From NCBI RefSeq assembly GCF_018350175.1, contig NC_058382.1:12834001-12898000 (forward strand): DNA of 64,000 nucleotides. Direction: 5' to 3'. A program made the translations under genes and the position numbers. Within the stretch, counting starts at the first letter, position 1. Each line of letters starts with the position of its first letter. This document shows, in pieces, positions 25,400 to 47,450 of the stretch. A model generated the notes under the pieces. That model did not search any database. It was given only the letters and a program-made list of their open reading frames with translations, and was not told the DNA's origin. Origin of the DNA: Felis catus. Taxonomy: Eukaryota.

Positions 25400-25985
25400 C
25401 CTGTCCTCAAACCAATTTTTTTTAACAGAGTTTTTTTTAGAGCAGTTTTACGTTCACAGCAAAATTGAGCAGAATGTAAGTGTTCCTGTGGTCTCCCTGC
25501 CCCCGTACAAGCACAGCCTCCCCCACTATCACCATCCCACACCAGAGTGGTACATTTGTTAAAAACTGAGGAGCCTACATTGACATGTCAGTATCACCCA
25601 AAGCGCATAGTTTACATTATGGTTTGTTCTTGGTATTGTACACTTTACGGGTTTGGACAAATGTATAATGACCCGTATCCACCATTATAGTATCAAACAG
25701 AATTGTTTCACTGCCCTGAAATTTCTCTGTACTCCACCTATCCTTATTCCCATCGTCNNNNNNNNNNNNNNNNNNNNNNNNNNNNNNNNNNNNNNNNNNN
25801 NNNNNNNNNNNNNNNNNNNNNNNNNNNNNNNNNNNNNNNNNNNNNNNNNNNNNNNNNNNNNNNNNNNNNNNNNNNNNNNNNNNNNNNNNNNNNNNNNNNN
25901 NNNGCTCCATGCCTTTGCGTGGCCTGATAGTTCCTTTCTTTTTAGCACTGAATGGCATTCTATTGTCTGAATGCACCACAACTCT
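25400..25985 (-). mobile_element. L1MC/L1MD-type 3' fragment spanning an assembly gap
   Basis: TTTTTAGAGCAGTTTTACGTTCACAGCAAAATTGAGCAGAA...CACCAGAGTGGTACATTTGTT motifs. Confidence 0.7.
25758..25903. other. Assembly gap (146 N)
   Basis: Run of N. Confidence 0.99.
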
Positions 25986-26841
25986 GAATCATTTTTAAAT
26001 TTTCTGTCTATAGAGTTATTGAAAGAGGTTAAGCAGTCACCAGTTATGGATTCAAATCCAGTTTGGGCTTTACATTTACACGAGCTTGGCCAAACTACTT
26101 GACGCTCTAAAATCCAGTTGCCTACCAACCACCTTACAGAGTTGTTAAGGTTATGAACCTGTAAAAATTAACACCAAGGACACAGTGCTGAGAAACCATG
26201 TTATCTAAAATCATAGACTGTCAGAAAGTTTGCTCTTTGAAATCATAGCAATAGTGAGAACGGGACATCTCACTCTTGCCTGGGGGATCCCTTTGACACA
26301 CAGACGTAGCCATGATTTTCACCCAGGTGCAGGGCTTCAGAGGAGGGATTTCTGGAGATAACATTGCACATTTATCTTAACCCTATAATTTCCAAACAAA
26401 CAGGACCCTGTGTCTGCTTCTCAGCCAAGGTATGATGTTGACTCCATTATATAGGACCTGCTTTGCCTTGAGTCCCTCAAACTTCTGCTTAATATAAATT
26501 TTACCTACAGTGCTTCTGGAAAGCTTTGTTTAAAGAACTCTTTAGTAAATTGACTCAAGTGGACTAACCTTAAATGATTCAGCACTGATATCAGAAATGT
26601 ACATCAAAAATGTATAAAAGGAGAACATAAGTTACCTAAGTATATGGACACTTATAGTTACACCTGCATACAACTACATATTCATACATATTTTGATTCA
26701 GGGTGGGGGGCATGGAATTTGAGATACTAAAACTATTCTTAAGTTTTCAAGACAGTGTAAGATAGGTTTCGACACCATTCTACCTGAATGTGAAGCTCCT
26801 AATGTAAACACAAGATGTTATCATGCTAGAAACAGGGTTTG

Positions 26842-27039
26842 TGTTATAGACTTAGTGCTTATGTCTCCCCTCCCCCCAATTTCCTATCTTGAAACCTAGT
26901 TTCCACTTGTGATGGTATTTGGAGGTGTGCCTTTGGAAGGTGATTCACATCATGAGGGTGGAGCCCTCATGAATGGGATTAGTGTCCTAATAAAAAATTC
27001 CCCAAAGAGCTCCCTCACTCAAGTAAGGGCATGCAAAAA
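26842..27039 (+). mobile_element. MLT1A-like LTR 5' part
   Basis: TGTGATGGTATTTGGAGGTG...TCATGAGGGTGGAGCCCTCATGAATGGGATTAGTG is diagnostic of MLT1A. Confidence 0.75.
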
Positions 27040-27207
27040 NNNNNNNNNNNNNNNNNNNNNNNNNNNNNNNNNNNNNNNNNNNNNNNNNNNNNNNNNNNNN
27101 NNNNNNNNNNNNNNNNNNNNNNNNNNNNNNNNNNNNNNNNNNNNNNNNNNNNNNNNNNNNNNNNNNNNNNNNNNNNNNNNNNNNNNNNNNNNNNNNNNNN
27201 NNNNNNN
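27040..27207. other. Assembly gap (168 N)
   Basis: Run of N. Confidence 0.99.
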
Positions 27208-27332
27208 GGTTTTAACTTTTATTTGTTTTAACAGGTATTGGTGTAACACATTGGCTTACTAATAACTAAGGCATTTTGTGTACACAGTATATCACTGTGA
27301 AAAAAATAATATTATTCGCTCTGATTTTTAAA

Positions 27333-27642
27333 AAAAATTTTTTTTTCAACGTTTTTTAATTTATTTTTGGGACAGAGAGAGACAGAGCATGAACGGGGGA
27401 GGGGCAGAGAGAGAGGGAGACACAGAATCAGAAACAGGCTCCAGGCTCTGAGCCATCAGCCCAGAGCCCGACAGAGCATGAACGGGGGAGGGGCAGAGAG
27501 AGAGGGAGACACAGAATCAGAAACAGGCTCCAGGCTCTGAGCCATCAGCCCAGAGCCCGACGCGGGGCTCAAACTCACAGACCCCGAGATCGTGACCTGG
27601 CTGAAGTCGGACGCTTAACCGACTGCGCCACCCAGGCGCCCC
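27333..27642 (-). mobile_element. Young SINEC_Fc-type element with an internal 89-bp tandem duplication and a 19-bp TSD
   Basis: TSD ATTCGCTCTGATTTTTAAA at 27314-27332 and 27643-27661; repeat units at 27381-27469 and 27470-27558. Confidence 0.9.
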
Positions 27643-27949
27643 ATTCGCTCTGATTTTTAAACTCTGTCTTTTCAACATAAGAAAATAGCAACACGCATTT
27701 AAATGTTTCCCATTGCAGCAAGTTAACCATTTTATCAGACAAGTGTGTCCCTCCTGTTCTTGGTCGTTGGACCTTTCAAGGATTGAACCAAATCACGCAT
27801 GTAACACTACATAACGTTTACCTGTGCCTGGCACAGAGTAGGCACACAAAAAATGTTGATAGAATTAATGTGATAACACCATGTACAAGAACACTTATAA
27901 GGCGCAAAACGCCGGGATTTTGGTGTTTCCATCTAAATTGTGTTTGCTT

Positions 27950-28176
27950 TTTCTTTTTTAAAATCTTTTTTAAAAATGTTTTTATTTTTGAGACAGAGAG
28001 AGAGAGAGCATGAGCAGGGGAGGGGCAGAGAGTGACCGAGACACAGAATCTGAAGCAGGGTCCAGGCTCCGAGCGGTCCGCACAGAGCACCCGCGTGGGG
28101 CTCGAACTCACGGACTGTGAGATCATGACCTGAACTGAAGTCAGACTCTTAACCGGCTGAGCCACCCAGGCACCCC
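27950..28176 (-). mobile_element. SINEC element
   Basis: T-rich tail, (AG)n tract, ...GAGCCACCCAGGCACCCC head. Confidence 0.85.
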
Positions 28177-29439
28177 TGTATTTTCTTTTTCTTAACTGAG
28201 AGTCTGAAGCCTTGAAAGGGCAAGTGGACTGCCTAAAGCCACACGGGTCAGTGAGGCAAGTGAGCAAAAGAAACCTAAAGTGCTGAGCTAACAGACTCAA
28301 GCACTAGGAGGCAGAGCTGCACTAACTTCTCCGAAGGTCCCGCCTCCACCTCTTTGTCCCTGCCCTGATCTCCCCGCCGGTAGTTCCTCCTTCCCACTGC
28401 GGTCGCCTGGGCCGTGATGAAGCAGTTTCCGCCCTAAGAAGGGTGGTGCGGCTCCTTCTGCTCTCGCGAGGACTGGTGATCTAACACATTTCCTCTTTGC
28501 ACTACCGCAGGGTTCCCCATCACCGTTCCGCCCTTACTACCCCCCACTTCCGGCCCGAAAAGCCACTTCCACCCACAAAGGGGGTCGTCCCCCTTTCCTG
28601 CCCATCCAAATGCCCAACTTCCGCCGCCACAGTCTCCTCCGCCGCTGTTTCTTCCGCCGCGATCGACGCAAACGAAGCCGTCCCACCCCACAGCTCAGGA
28701 CGGGCGCTCGATTACACTCCGAGAGAAGAAAGGGCGGGCAGGACCCAGGCCTCCACCCCCGCCCCCTAGGCTTTCCCCTTTGCGTGCCCGCCTCCACACC
28801 ACACGCCCTCCCAGCTCGAAGCCGCACTCGCCCTCAGAGAGGCGGGGCGGCTCTTCTGGCCTCGCTCTCGCGAGAGCTCGCACTTCTCGCGATACCCGAC
28901 TCCCGACTTGTGCGCCCGGGAAACCCCGTTGCTCCCTTTCCCCTGGCTGGCAGCGCGGAGGCCGCACGGTAAGACGGGCGCTCCTGCTCGGGCTGGGCGC
29001 GGGGCGTCAGGGGCCCGTCTCCCCAGTCGGGAGTGCGTGCCTGGGGCCCCCGGGGAGACCGTGTGGGGCCGCCCCGCCCCCTGGAGCCGCAGCCACGTGC
29101 GAGCGGCAGGCCCGGACATGCCCGGTTTGCGAGGTCCGGGGACCGAGACTGGGCCAGGCGGGCGGCGGGGATGCAAGGAGGGGGTCCCCAGAATCAGGGG
29201 CTGGGGTCACCTAGCGTCTCCACCACGGCGCCAGGCCGTGCTCGTGCGACGCGCAGAGACCGTGAGCGGCGGCGAAGTCTAGCACCCACAGGCGCCGGGG
29301 CCTTTAGGGCCCATATCTGAAGTAGGGCCTCGGGAAGGAACGGGAGTGCGGCGGCTGCGGTCGCGTGGGGGCAAGGCCCTGGCCCCTGTCAGCCGTCTCC
29401 ACCAGTGCCAAGTTCACACGCTTGCTCTTTTTCTCGTAG

Positions 29440-37222
<7,783 letters not shown>

Positions 37223-37237
37223 AACAAATGCTGGGTT

Positions 37238-37243
37238 AATAAA
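37238..37243 (+). terminator. RPS19 polyadenylation signal
   Basis: AATAAA 15 nt after the stop codon, followed by a GT/T-rich tract. Confidence 0.9.
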
Positions 37244-38094
37244 TTGCCTCATTCGTAATCCTGGTCCGAGTCTCTTGATTGGCTGCTGTTGCTCTTCCCT
37301 TTGGGGGCACAAGGGAGGCGCATTGAGCTTCCCTTTCCTCGTGAAAGAGGGGGAGTAGGGATCCCTAGTGACTGTGATACCAACAGCCACTAAAGCCTAA
37401 GGCCCAGCCTTCCCGGTTCAAGCAGTTCCACCCCTGGTGGGCCTGGTGCCCTAGCTGGACTGGTGGTTGGGTGGGGCCAGGACTAGAGGCCCTTGCACCT
37501 CCCCCACATCCTGCCTTTGCAATTCTCAGTAAGATGAGAAACTGAAAAGGAGTGGCTTTCAGGCAGTGGCCCCAGCTGGGGCCTGGGCTACAGAGACTGC
37601 ATTCTGTCCCTTCCTGCAACAAAGCAGGGCTGGGGCAGCCGGCCTTCATTCCTGGTGACTCCTTGAGTGCCTCCAGACCAAGGTGACTTGGTGTGCACCA
37701 TTTGTTGGCAAACACACCACTGACCCTGCCTGAACCTTTGCTCTCTAGAGATCTATTGCCTTGGGCCCTTCTGGAGTTGGTCGTACCTGCCCCAGAGTTG
37801 GGACCCAGTGCCCTTTCCCACCCACACCCACCATCCTCCTAGTGGAGAGGTGCTAGAGGCACCTGAGCAGAGGTAGAGGGGCACTGCCTCTTCAGTCCTA
37901 CAAGGTGATTGGCTCTCAGGCAAGAATGGGGCAGGAGCCTGCCTATGATTGGGCCCCTGGTAGGGGCAGGGGATACGAAGGGCACCAAGTGGGTATGTGC
38001 CAGGCCCCAGAAAACAGCCTGGAAAAGTGGCCCCCGTGGGACCAAACCCACCTCCTACCTGGGGAGTGCTAAGATGCTGAGCCTGAGCTGGCTT

Positions 38095-38628
38095 TGGAAG
38101 AGACAGTGCAAATGGGGAAGGGGCAGAGAGAGGGAGACCATTAGAAGCAGGCTCCAAGCTGTCAACACAGAGCCCAATGCGGGCTCCAACTCACAGGCCA
38201 CAAGTTCATGACCTGAGTTGAAGTCGGACGCCCAACAGACTGAGCCACCCCGGTGCCCCAACTTAGTTTCTTATTCTCGAGGGATCTAGGGAGGTACCAT
38301 ATAGGTAGATTGTGCCATGGCTCAGAACATCACACCAAGCAGACAACCAGTTACCAGAGAACAGCAAAGCAGAGTCCCTCACCGGGTGGGAAATGAAGCT
38401 GGCCTCCCTCCCAGCTTAGAAGTCAGTGCTGGGGGTGCCTGGGGGGCTCAGTTAAGCGTCTGATTTCAGCTCAGGTCATGATCTCACGGTCTGTGAGTTT
38501 GAGGGCTCTGTGCTGACCGCTCAGGGCCTGGAGCCTGTTTCAGATTCTGTGTCTCCCTCTCTCTCTGTCCCTCCTCTGCTCACGCTCTGTCTCTCTGTCT
38601 TTCAATAATAAACGTTTAAAAAAAAAAA
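38095..38628. mobile_element. SINEC elements (~38095-38259 -, ~38431-38628 +)
   Basis: SINEC consensus motifs. Confidence 0.8.
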
Positions 38629-40261
38629 GTGCTGGAAGACTTGTACTGAATAAACAGCCTACCACATGCAAAGGCACTTTGTATCACCTAACACACAAGG
38701 CAACCTGCTGAAGGTGCCCAAAAGCCCCCACATTTTAGATCTAGTGAGAGTCGCAGGGTGGGTAATTTGCCTATGTACTATAGGGGGGTGGCAAAGCTGG
38801 AATTTGAACCCGGGCAGCTGGGCTCCAGCCACTACGGTGCATTGCCCGCCTCAGAAGTACAGGAAATGGGGCAACGAGGTAAGCGGGGTGTGGACGTGCC
38901 CAAACAGTCCAGTTCGGCCTCAAAGGCCTGCAATCCAGCAGCTGCGCCTTTCCAGCCGCTGGGGGGCAGTCGAGGGCCTGGAAACTGCCTCAGCAGATGC
39001 AGGAGGTGAATTATAGGGCTGCAGCGTCTGCCCAGGTTTCTTGAGGGGGGGCGGGGGGGGGGCGAGGATCATAAGGAGGAGCTAAAGCAGAGAGAGGCTG
39101 GTGACCTGCTACACAGGGAGGGTCACAGCAGAACACCTGGGTCCCTGGAGGGAAGGGGGAGGGCCCCAGGCCAGAGAAGCGGAACTGTGTCCTAGGAACT
39201 GTGATAAGCTCACTGTAGTATTCTTGTAGCCTCACAAGGGGGACAAGCGGGGTGATTACAGGAGAAGAAACTGAGGTTCAGACCACCAGTCAGTTGGCAG
39301 AGCTGAGATTGAAACAGAACTGAGATTCAAACATGAACTCCGGAGGCCCATGCTCTGTGTGGGTGACAATTCCATTTTCATTTATAAGTTATGAAATGCT
39401 TCAAGCAATCAAAACAGTATACCTATTAGTGTAAGAAAGACCCACGTACCTCCTACCCAGCTTAAGAAGTAACACAAGACCTAAAACTGGGACAGACAAA
39501 GCCTCTGTACCAGCCCTCTGAGGTCACAGCCCTCCTCGCTTGCCCCAAAGGGAACCCCCTCTCAGGAACTGGGTGTCACTCACCTGCATGGGTTCCCTAA
39601 TTGACTACAGATGCACGTGTCCCTAACAGCACCCAGTGTTGCTTCGCCTTTTGAAAACAAGTCAACTGTTTCATGCTACACGTTGTCATTTCTGAGACGC
39701 AGCCGTGTTGACAAGCAGAGCTCTGCCTTTTCTCCTGCTGAGTATTACTCTACCAGCTGCCTACACCACACTGTATGCGTCCCATTCTCCTGTAAATGGG
39801 CTTTCTGTTTCCCAGCCTCTGCTACCAAAAATCTCCCTGCAATAAATGTTTTCCCTATGTGTCTCCTTAGGTGCGTGTGTGACTGTCCCCTAACGGCTCA
39901 CAAACATCTCAGCAACCTCCTGTAATTCCCCGCCCCCGCTCCTCAGACCTCATTTTCCTTCCACGTGACCTAAAATGATGCTCAAAGGTATGTGGGCCCA
40001 CATAAGTGACTTTGAATCTCTGCTCCACTACTCCCAAATTGTACTACACTGGGTAAATGATGGCATCTCCTCTCTGGGCCTCAGTTTTCTCCTCTGTAAA
40101 ATGGGGGGGGGGGTGACCTACCTTACCTACTTGTGGGGAGGCTGACTCATGTCGAGAGCCCATCATGGCTCTAACTCCTTGGGTGCTGGGGACATCAGCT
40201 CATCTCACAACAGCAGGGAGATTTTCTTGTTCTCGTTGCTGAGATTAAAAACGCCAAGGCT

Positions 40262-40600
40262 GGGGCTGTCGGCTGGCTCTGTCAATAGAGCATGCAACTC
40301 TTGATCTCAGGGTTGTGAGTTCGAGCCCCATCAAGTTGAATGTAGAGATTACTTTTAAAAAAAAAAACTGTTTTAAACGCCAAGGCCCAGGGGCCACCTG
40401 GCTGGCTCAGTTGGTTAAGCATCCGACTTCAGCTCAGGTCATTATCTTGTAGTTTGTGGGTTCGAGCCCCGCGTCGGGCTCTGTGCTGACAGCTCAGAGC
40501 CTGGAGCCTGCTTCATATTCTGTGCCTCCCTCTCTCTCTGCCTCTCCCCTGCTCGAGCTCTGACTCTCTGTCTCAAAAATAAATAACCATTAAAAAAATT
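40262..40600 (+). mobile_element. Short CAN SINE (~40262-40367) followed by SINEC (~40390-40598)
   Basis: Heads and A-tails; target sequence AA(C/T)GCCAAGGC occurs three times (~40250, 40376, 40613). Confidence 0.85.
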
Positions 40601-40989
40601 TTTTTTGCTTTTAATGCCAAGGCTTAGAAAGCCACCACCTAGTCGTAGAGCCGATCAGCCTGCCCCCATTTATTTTCATGAACATTAAGAGCAACCAACA
40701 TCTACTGAGCACCTGCTATGGGCTAGGCCCTATGTTCAGAGCTGTGCATGCACAGCCCCTTTAAATCCTGGATTCCAACCTCAAGAGGTGAAGACGTGGA
40801 GGCTCAGAGAGAGGCTCAGCTTTGCCTAAGGCCAGTGACTGAACGGAGACCGGGCTCAGAACCACCACCCCGACAGGACAGACCGCCTGCACGCAGCAGG
40901 CACCTCAAACTCTGACTCCCTCAGGCTTCCTTCCCAGGGCTGGCCGGTGGCCGAGCCAGGCTGTGAACTGGTCTCTTTCCCCAACCCAG

Positions 40990-41160
40990 CAGCCTCCCCT
41001 CGGGGGAATTGCGGCCACAGGTGCAGGGAGCGGTTTCTCTCCACTCGGGGCCTGAAGCACACCGGCAGGGGCTGCCCCTGGGCCCACAGCCGAAGGGCCC
41101 AGCAGTGGGGCCATTGGAGCCCATCTCCGGCGGGGCTGGGCAGGAAGTGGGGCGGGGCTT
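40990..41160 (+). promoter_or_regulatory. CD79A (mb-1) B-cell promoter: EBF1, RUNX, E-box, PAX5-ETS composite, ETS and Sp1 sites
   Basis: TCCCCTCGGGGGAAT (~40995-41009, EBF-like), TGCGGC (RUNX-like), CAGGTG (41018-41023), GGGCCATTGGAGCCCATCTCCGG (~41108-41130, PAX5/ETS), CAGGAAGT (41141-41148), GGGGCGGGG (41149-41157). The order matches the well-studied TATA-less mb-1 promoter. Confidence 0.82.
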
Positions 41161-41229
41161 GGGGCCAGTGAGGTGGAATCTGGTACCCCAGGACTGCTGC
41201 AGCCCAGACTAACCAACCCACCGGGAGAG

Positions 41230-44483
<3,254 letters not shown>

Positions 44484-44803
44484 CCCTGAGGGCTGCGCCA
44501 ACCAGCTGTGGTGCCAGCCCCTGTGCCCCCCACCCCACCCCTTCCTGTTCTCTTTTCACAAAATCTTCCCTGGGAGTGTCCTGACTCAACTTCCCCCTTG
44601 GGGGCATCCACTCTTCTTCCCTCTCGACTGTCCTCATCCCCTCCCCACACCCCAATTCAGTTCTCCCGCTGCCGCTGCCCGGCCCAGCCTCCCCCTACAC
44701 CCAGCGGGTAATGAGCCCTTAATCGCTGCCTCCAGGGGAGCTGATTGTAGAGCCTCGTTAGTGTCACCTCCCCCTCCCTGCTCTGTCATGGCCACTTAGT
44801 GAT

Positions 44804-44809
44804 AATAAA
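44804..44809 (+). terminator. CD79A polyadenylation signal
   Basis: AATAAA about 320 nt after the stop codon. Confidence 0.85.
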
Positions 44810-45592
44810 TCCTTCCCAACTGCAGACCTTGGCAGGAGTCATGGATCTCATGGGGATGCCCCCCTCCTCTGGTGGGACCCAGGAGTCCAGGCCTCTGGCC
44901 TCCTCCTTCCTCAGACCCAGGATCCTAGGACCCCAGCCCCTACCCATTGTCCACACCTGGGACCAGGTAGCCAGCCTTGGCTGCCAGGTGAGAGAAACAG
45001 GAAGTGTCTGGGGGAGCATCTTGCCCAGGCTACATCCCAGAGCAGGGAAGAGACACAGGAAGGAGCCAGGTGACCATATTCATTTCTGCCTATTTAAGTC
45101 TCACAAACACAGGGGCCTGTCTGGTGGGGCCGGTACCAGACTCGGACTCTGATCACAGCCAGGCCGTACCTGTTCTCTGGCAGTGGAGTCCAAGCAGGGG
45201 GATTTGTAATCTGTGGCTCTGACTTGGGGATGCTGGGAGCCCCGGGGGGGCGGGGGGGGGTGTGAATGACAGAAGCAGAGGGACACAGGGTTTCTGGGAG
45301 AGGAGAGACAGGCCGAGACACAGAGAGATAGTGATGGAGAGAGAGCAAGTGAAGAGAAAAACAAGGAGTGGACAGGGAATCAGGGAGAGGCAGAGGGAAA
45401 GCAGGGAGAGAGAGAAAGGAAAGAAGGGTCCATGAAAAAATGGACCCGGAGAGGCTGACCCCCGAGACTCTAAGGAAAGCAACAGTGGGGGAAATGACTG
45501 AGGTGGCGATGCAGAGAGATACAGAGACCCGGAGGTGGGAAGAGAAGGGCTCCGAGGGAGAAGTGACAGAGGGGAGGGACAACGAGGGGAAG

Positions 45593-45632
<40 letters not shown>

Positions 45633-45679
45633 GAGGGAGCGGGAGGAAAAGACCCCAACGGAGAGAAAGTGGCAGAGAG

Positions 45680-47450
45680 GGGCACGTAAAGAAACACGCA
45701 CAGCGAGGCAAATAAAAGAGAGGAAGACCGAGAGACCCGGACGGAAAGCAGGGGAGGCGATGGCGGGCACCCGGCAGGGGCGAGAAACGTTGGGGCCGAC
45801 GCCCTGCGGATGGACAGACGGACAAAGCCGGGAGGGGCCGGGCGGGGCCGGGGCGGGGTTGGGGCCCGCGGGTCCCCGGCCGAGGGGGGGGGAAGGAGGG
45901 GCCGGGCGAGCGGCAAGAAGGGGAAGGAAGCGGAGGTGCCGGGCGGGCGCGGGGCGCGGGCAGGAAGCGGGGAGGGGCGGCGGGGCGGGGGCCTCCGGAA
46001 AAAACGCCCCCAACTTCCTGCCCCGCCAGAGTCAGGAAGCGGGAGCCGGGACACAGGGCCCGGGATCGCCGAGCCCGACCTCGGGCGCCCCGCCGGTCGC
46101 CTCCCCGCGCGGACACCAGGTACACCGTCCCTGGCCCCGCCCGGCCTCCCGCCCCTCGGCTGCCGGGGGAAGTGGGGAGGAGGAGGGAGGGGGCCGGGGC
46201 GCTGCCGGCAGTGGAGGGGCCTTCGCTGCGCCCCACAGAGCCAGCGGCCGCCCCTCCCCGGGCCTCAGTTTTCCCATCTGTCAAAGGGGGCAAAGAGAGG
46301 AGAGAGAGCTCATGCCTGCCGAATGCCCAGTAAGTGGGGGTGAGGGGTGCGAGGCCGGGGTCAGGGCCTCCCAATTGTGTAGCCGAGGACGGATGACCAC
46401 TCCCATTGCACTGCTGGGGAAACTGAGGCTCGGGGAGCGGCACCGACTCATCCCAGGGTACACACACCGTGAGAGCGAGTGGAGTTGGGATTTGAACTTG
46501 CAGGTGTTTCAAGCACCTTCCTCCGACTCCACATGCTTTAGGGCCACTTAAAAAGAAAAACGTCCGTAACCACGCCGTAGGCCGCGGTGAAGCTGAAAGT
46601 TGCAGAGCGCCGTTTGAAAGCAGTTTTGGAAAGCTCTTTTTCTGGGCCATTGGTTATACCCTGAGACATGGGTTGTAGGGGACAGAGCTAGAGACCTTCC
46701 CCCCCATTGTACAGGTGGGAAGACTGAGGCTCGGAAAGAGGTAATTACTTTTTCCAGGTTACACTGGAAAGGTATCTGCGGGAGGGGTACGCTGGAACAC
46801 AGGATTTTTGCATTACAGCCCCAGCAGAAAGCGTGCGGCCGGGGCGGGGGGGTGGGGAGTGGGGGGATGCGGGGAAAAATTAACGTGCACCTTGGGAATT
46901 CAGCTGGTTCCGGAGTTAGGAAGGCAAGATAGGGTGGGGAGCCCAGTCCGGAGACTAAGGGCCACGGGAGCTCTCCAATTGAGCCTTGGCCAGGGGCTGG
47001 AACCACTTTCTAGTCGGCCTGGGGGCGGGGCAGGGTAGAGTGACAGGAGCAGTCGAGATACGGAAACGCCAGTCCTCCAAGGCAGGCCAGAGCGGCCCTG
47101 TCTGGCCAGCGTGGCGCAGTGAAGAGCTAGAGCGGCCGGCGGGAGGAGTAGAGTCGCCTGGGCAGTAGCCTGGCAGGAGCTGGGCTAGAGTGGCTGGCGG
47201 GAGGAGTGGAGCTGGAAGCAAAGGTAGATTTGGGGACAGCTAGAGCGACTCGGAGTTGGGGGTGGGGGACCGGCGCGCCGAGACTTCGGTTCTGGCGGCT
47301 GCGGTGGATACTCCAACGACCAGGAGCAGGTGAGGGACGCGGCCCCTGTCAGGCGTCAAACCCTGACTCCTCAGGTCCGCCCCAGCATCCCTGGCCGTGC
47401 ATACCGCCACGTCCCCTGTAGGATTTGGGGCCCGTATAGACCCGCCACGT
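45680..47450 (+). promoter_or_regulatory. ARHGEF1: ARHGEF1 CpG-island promoter with two alternative first exons (donors after 46119 and after 47329)
   Basis: Dense CpG, GC boxes, paired ETS sites (CAGGAAGC, ACTTCCTG); donors CAG|GTACAC and CAG|GTGAGG. Confidence 0.8.

Noticed and set aside
45594-45629. Long poly-G/poly-C runs (also ~17194-17226 and ~55551-55581) as G-quadruplex elements
   Set aside because: Homopolymer lengths are unreliable in this assembly and nothing indicates function.
45094-46650. 518-aa minus-strand ORF and overlapping 286-338-aa ORFs
   Set aside because: Stop-poor frames of the GC-rich ARHGEF1 CpG island and a poly-G run; low-complexity Pro/Gly/Arg content and no recognisable domain.
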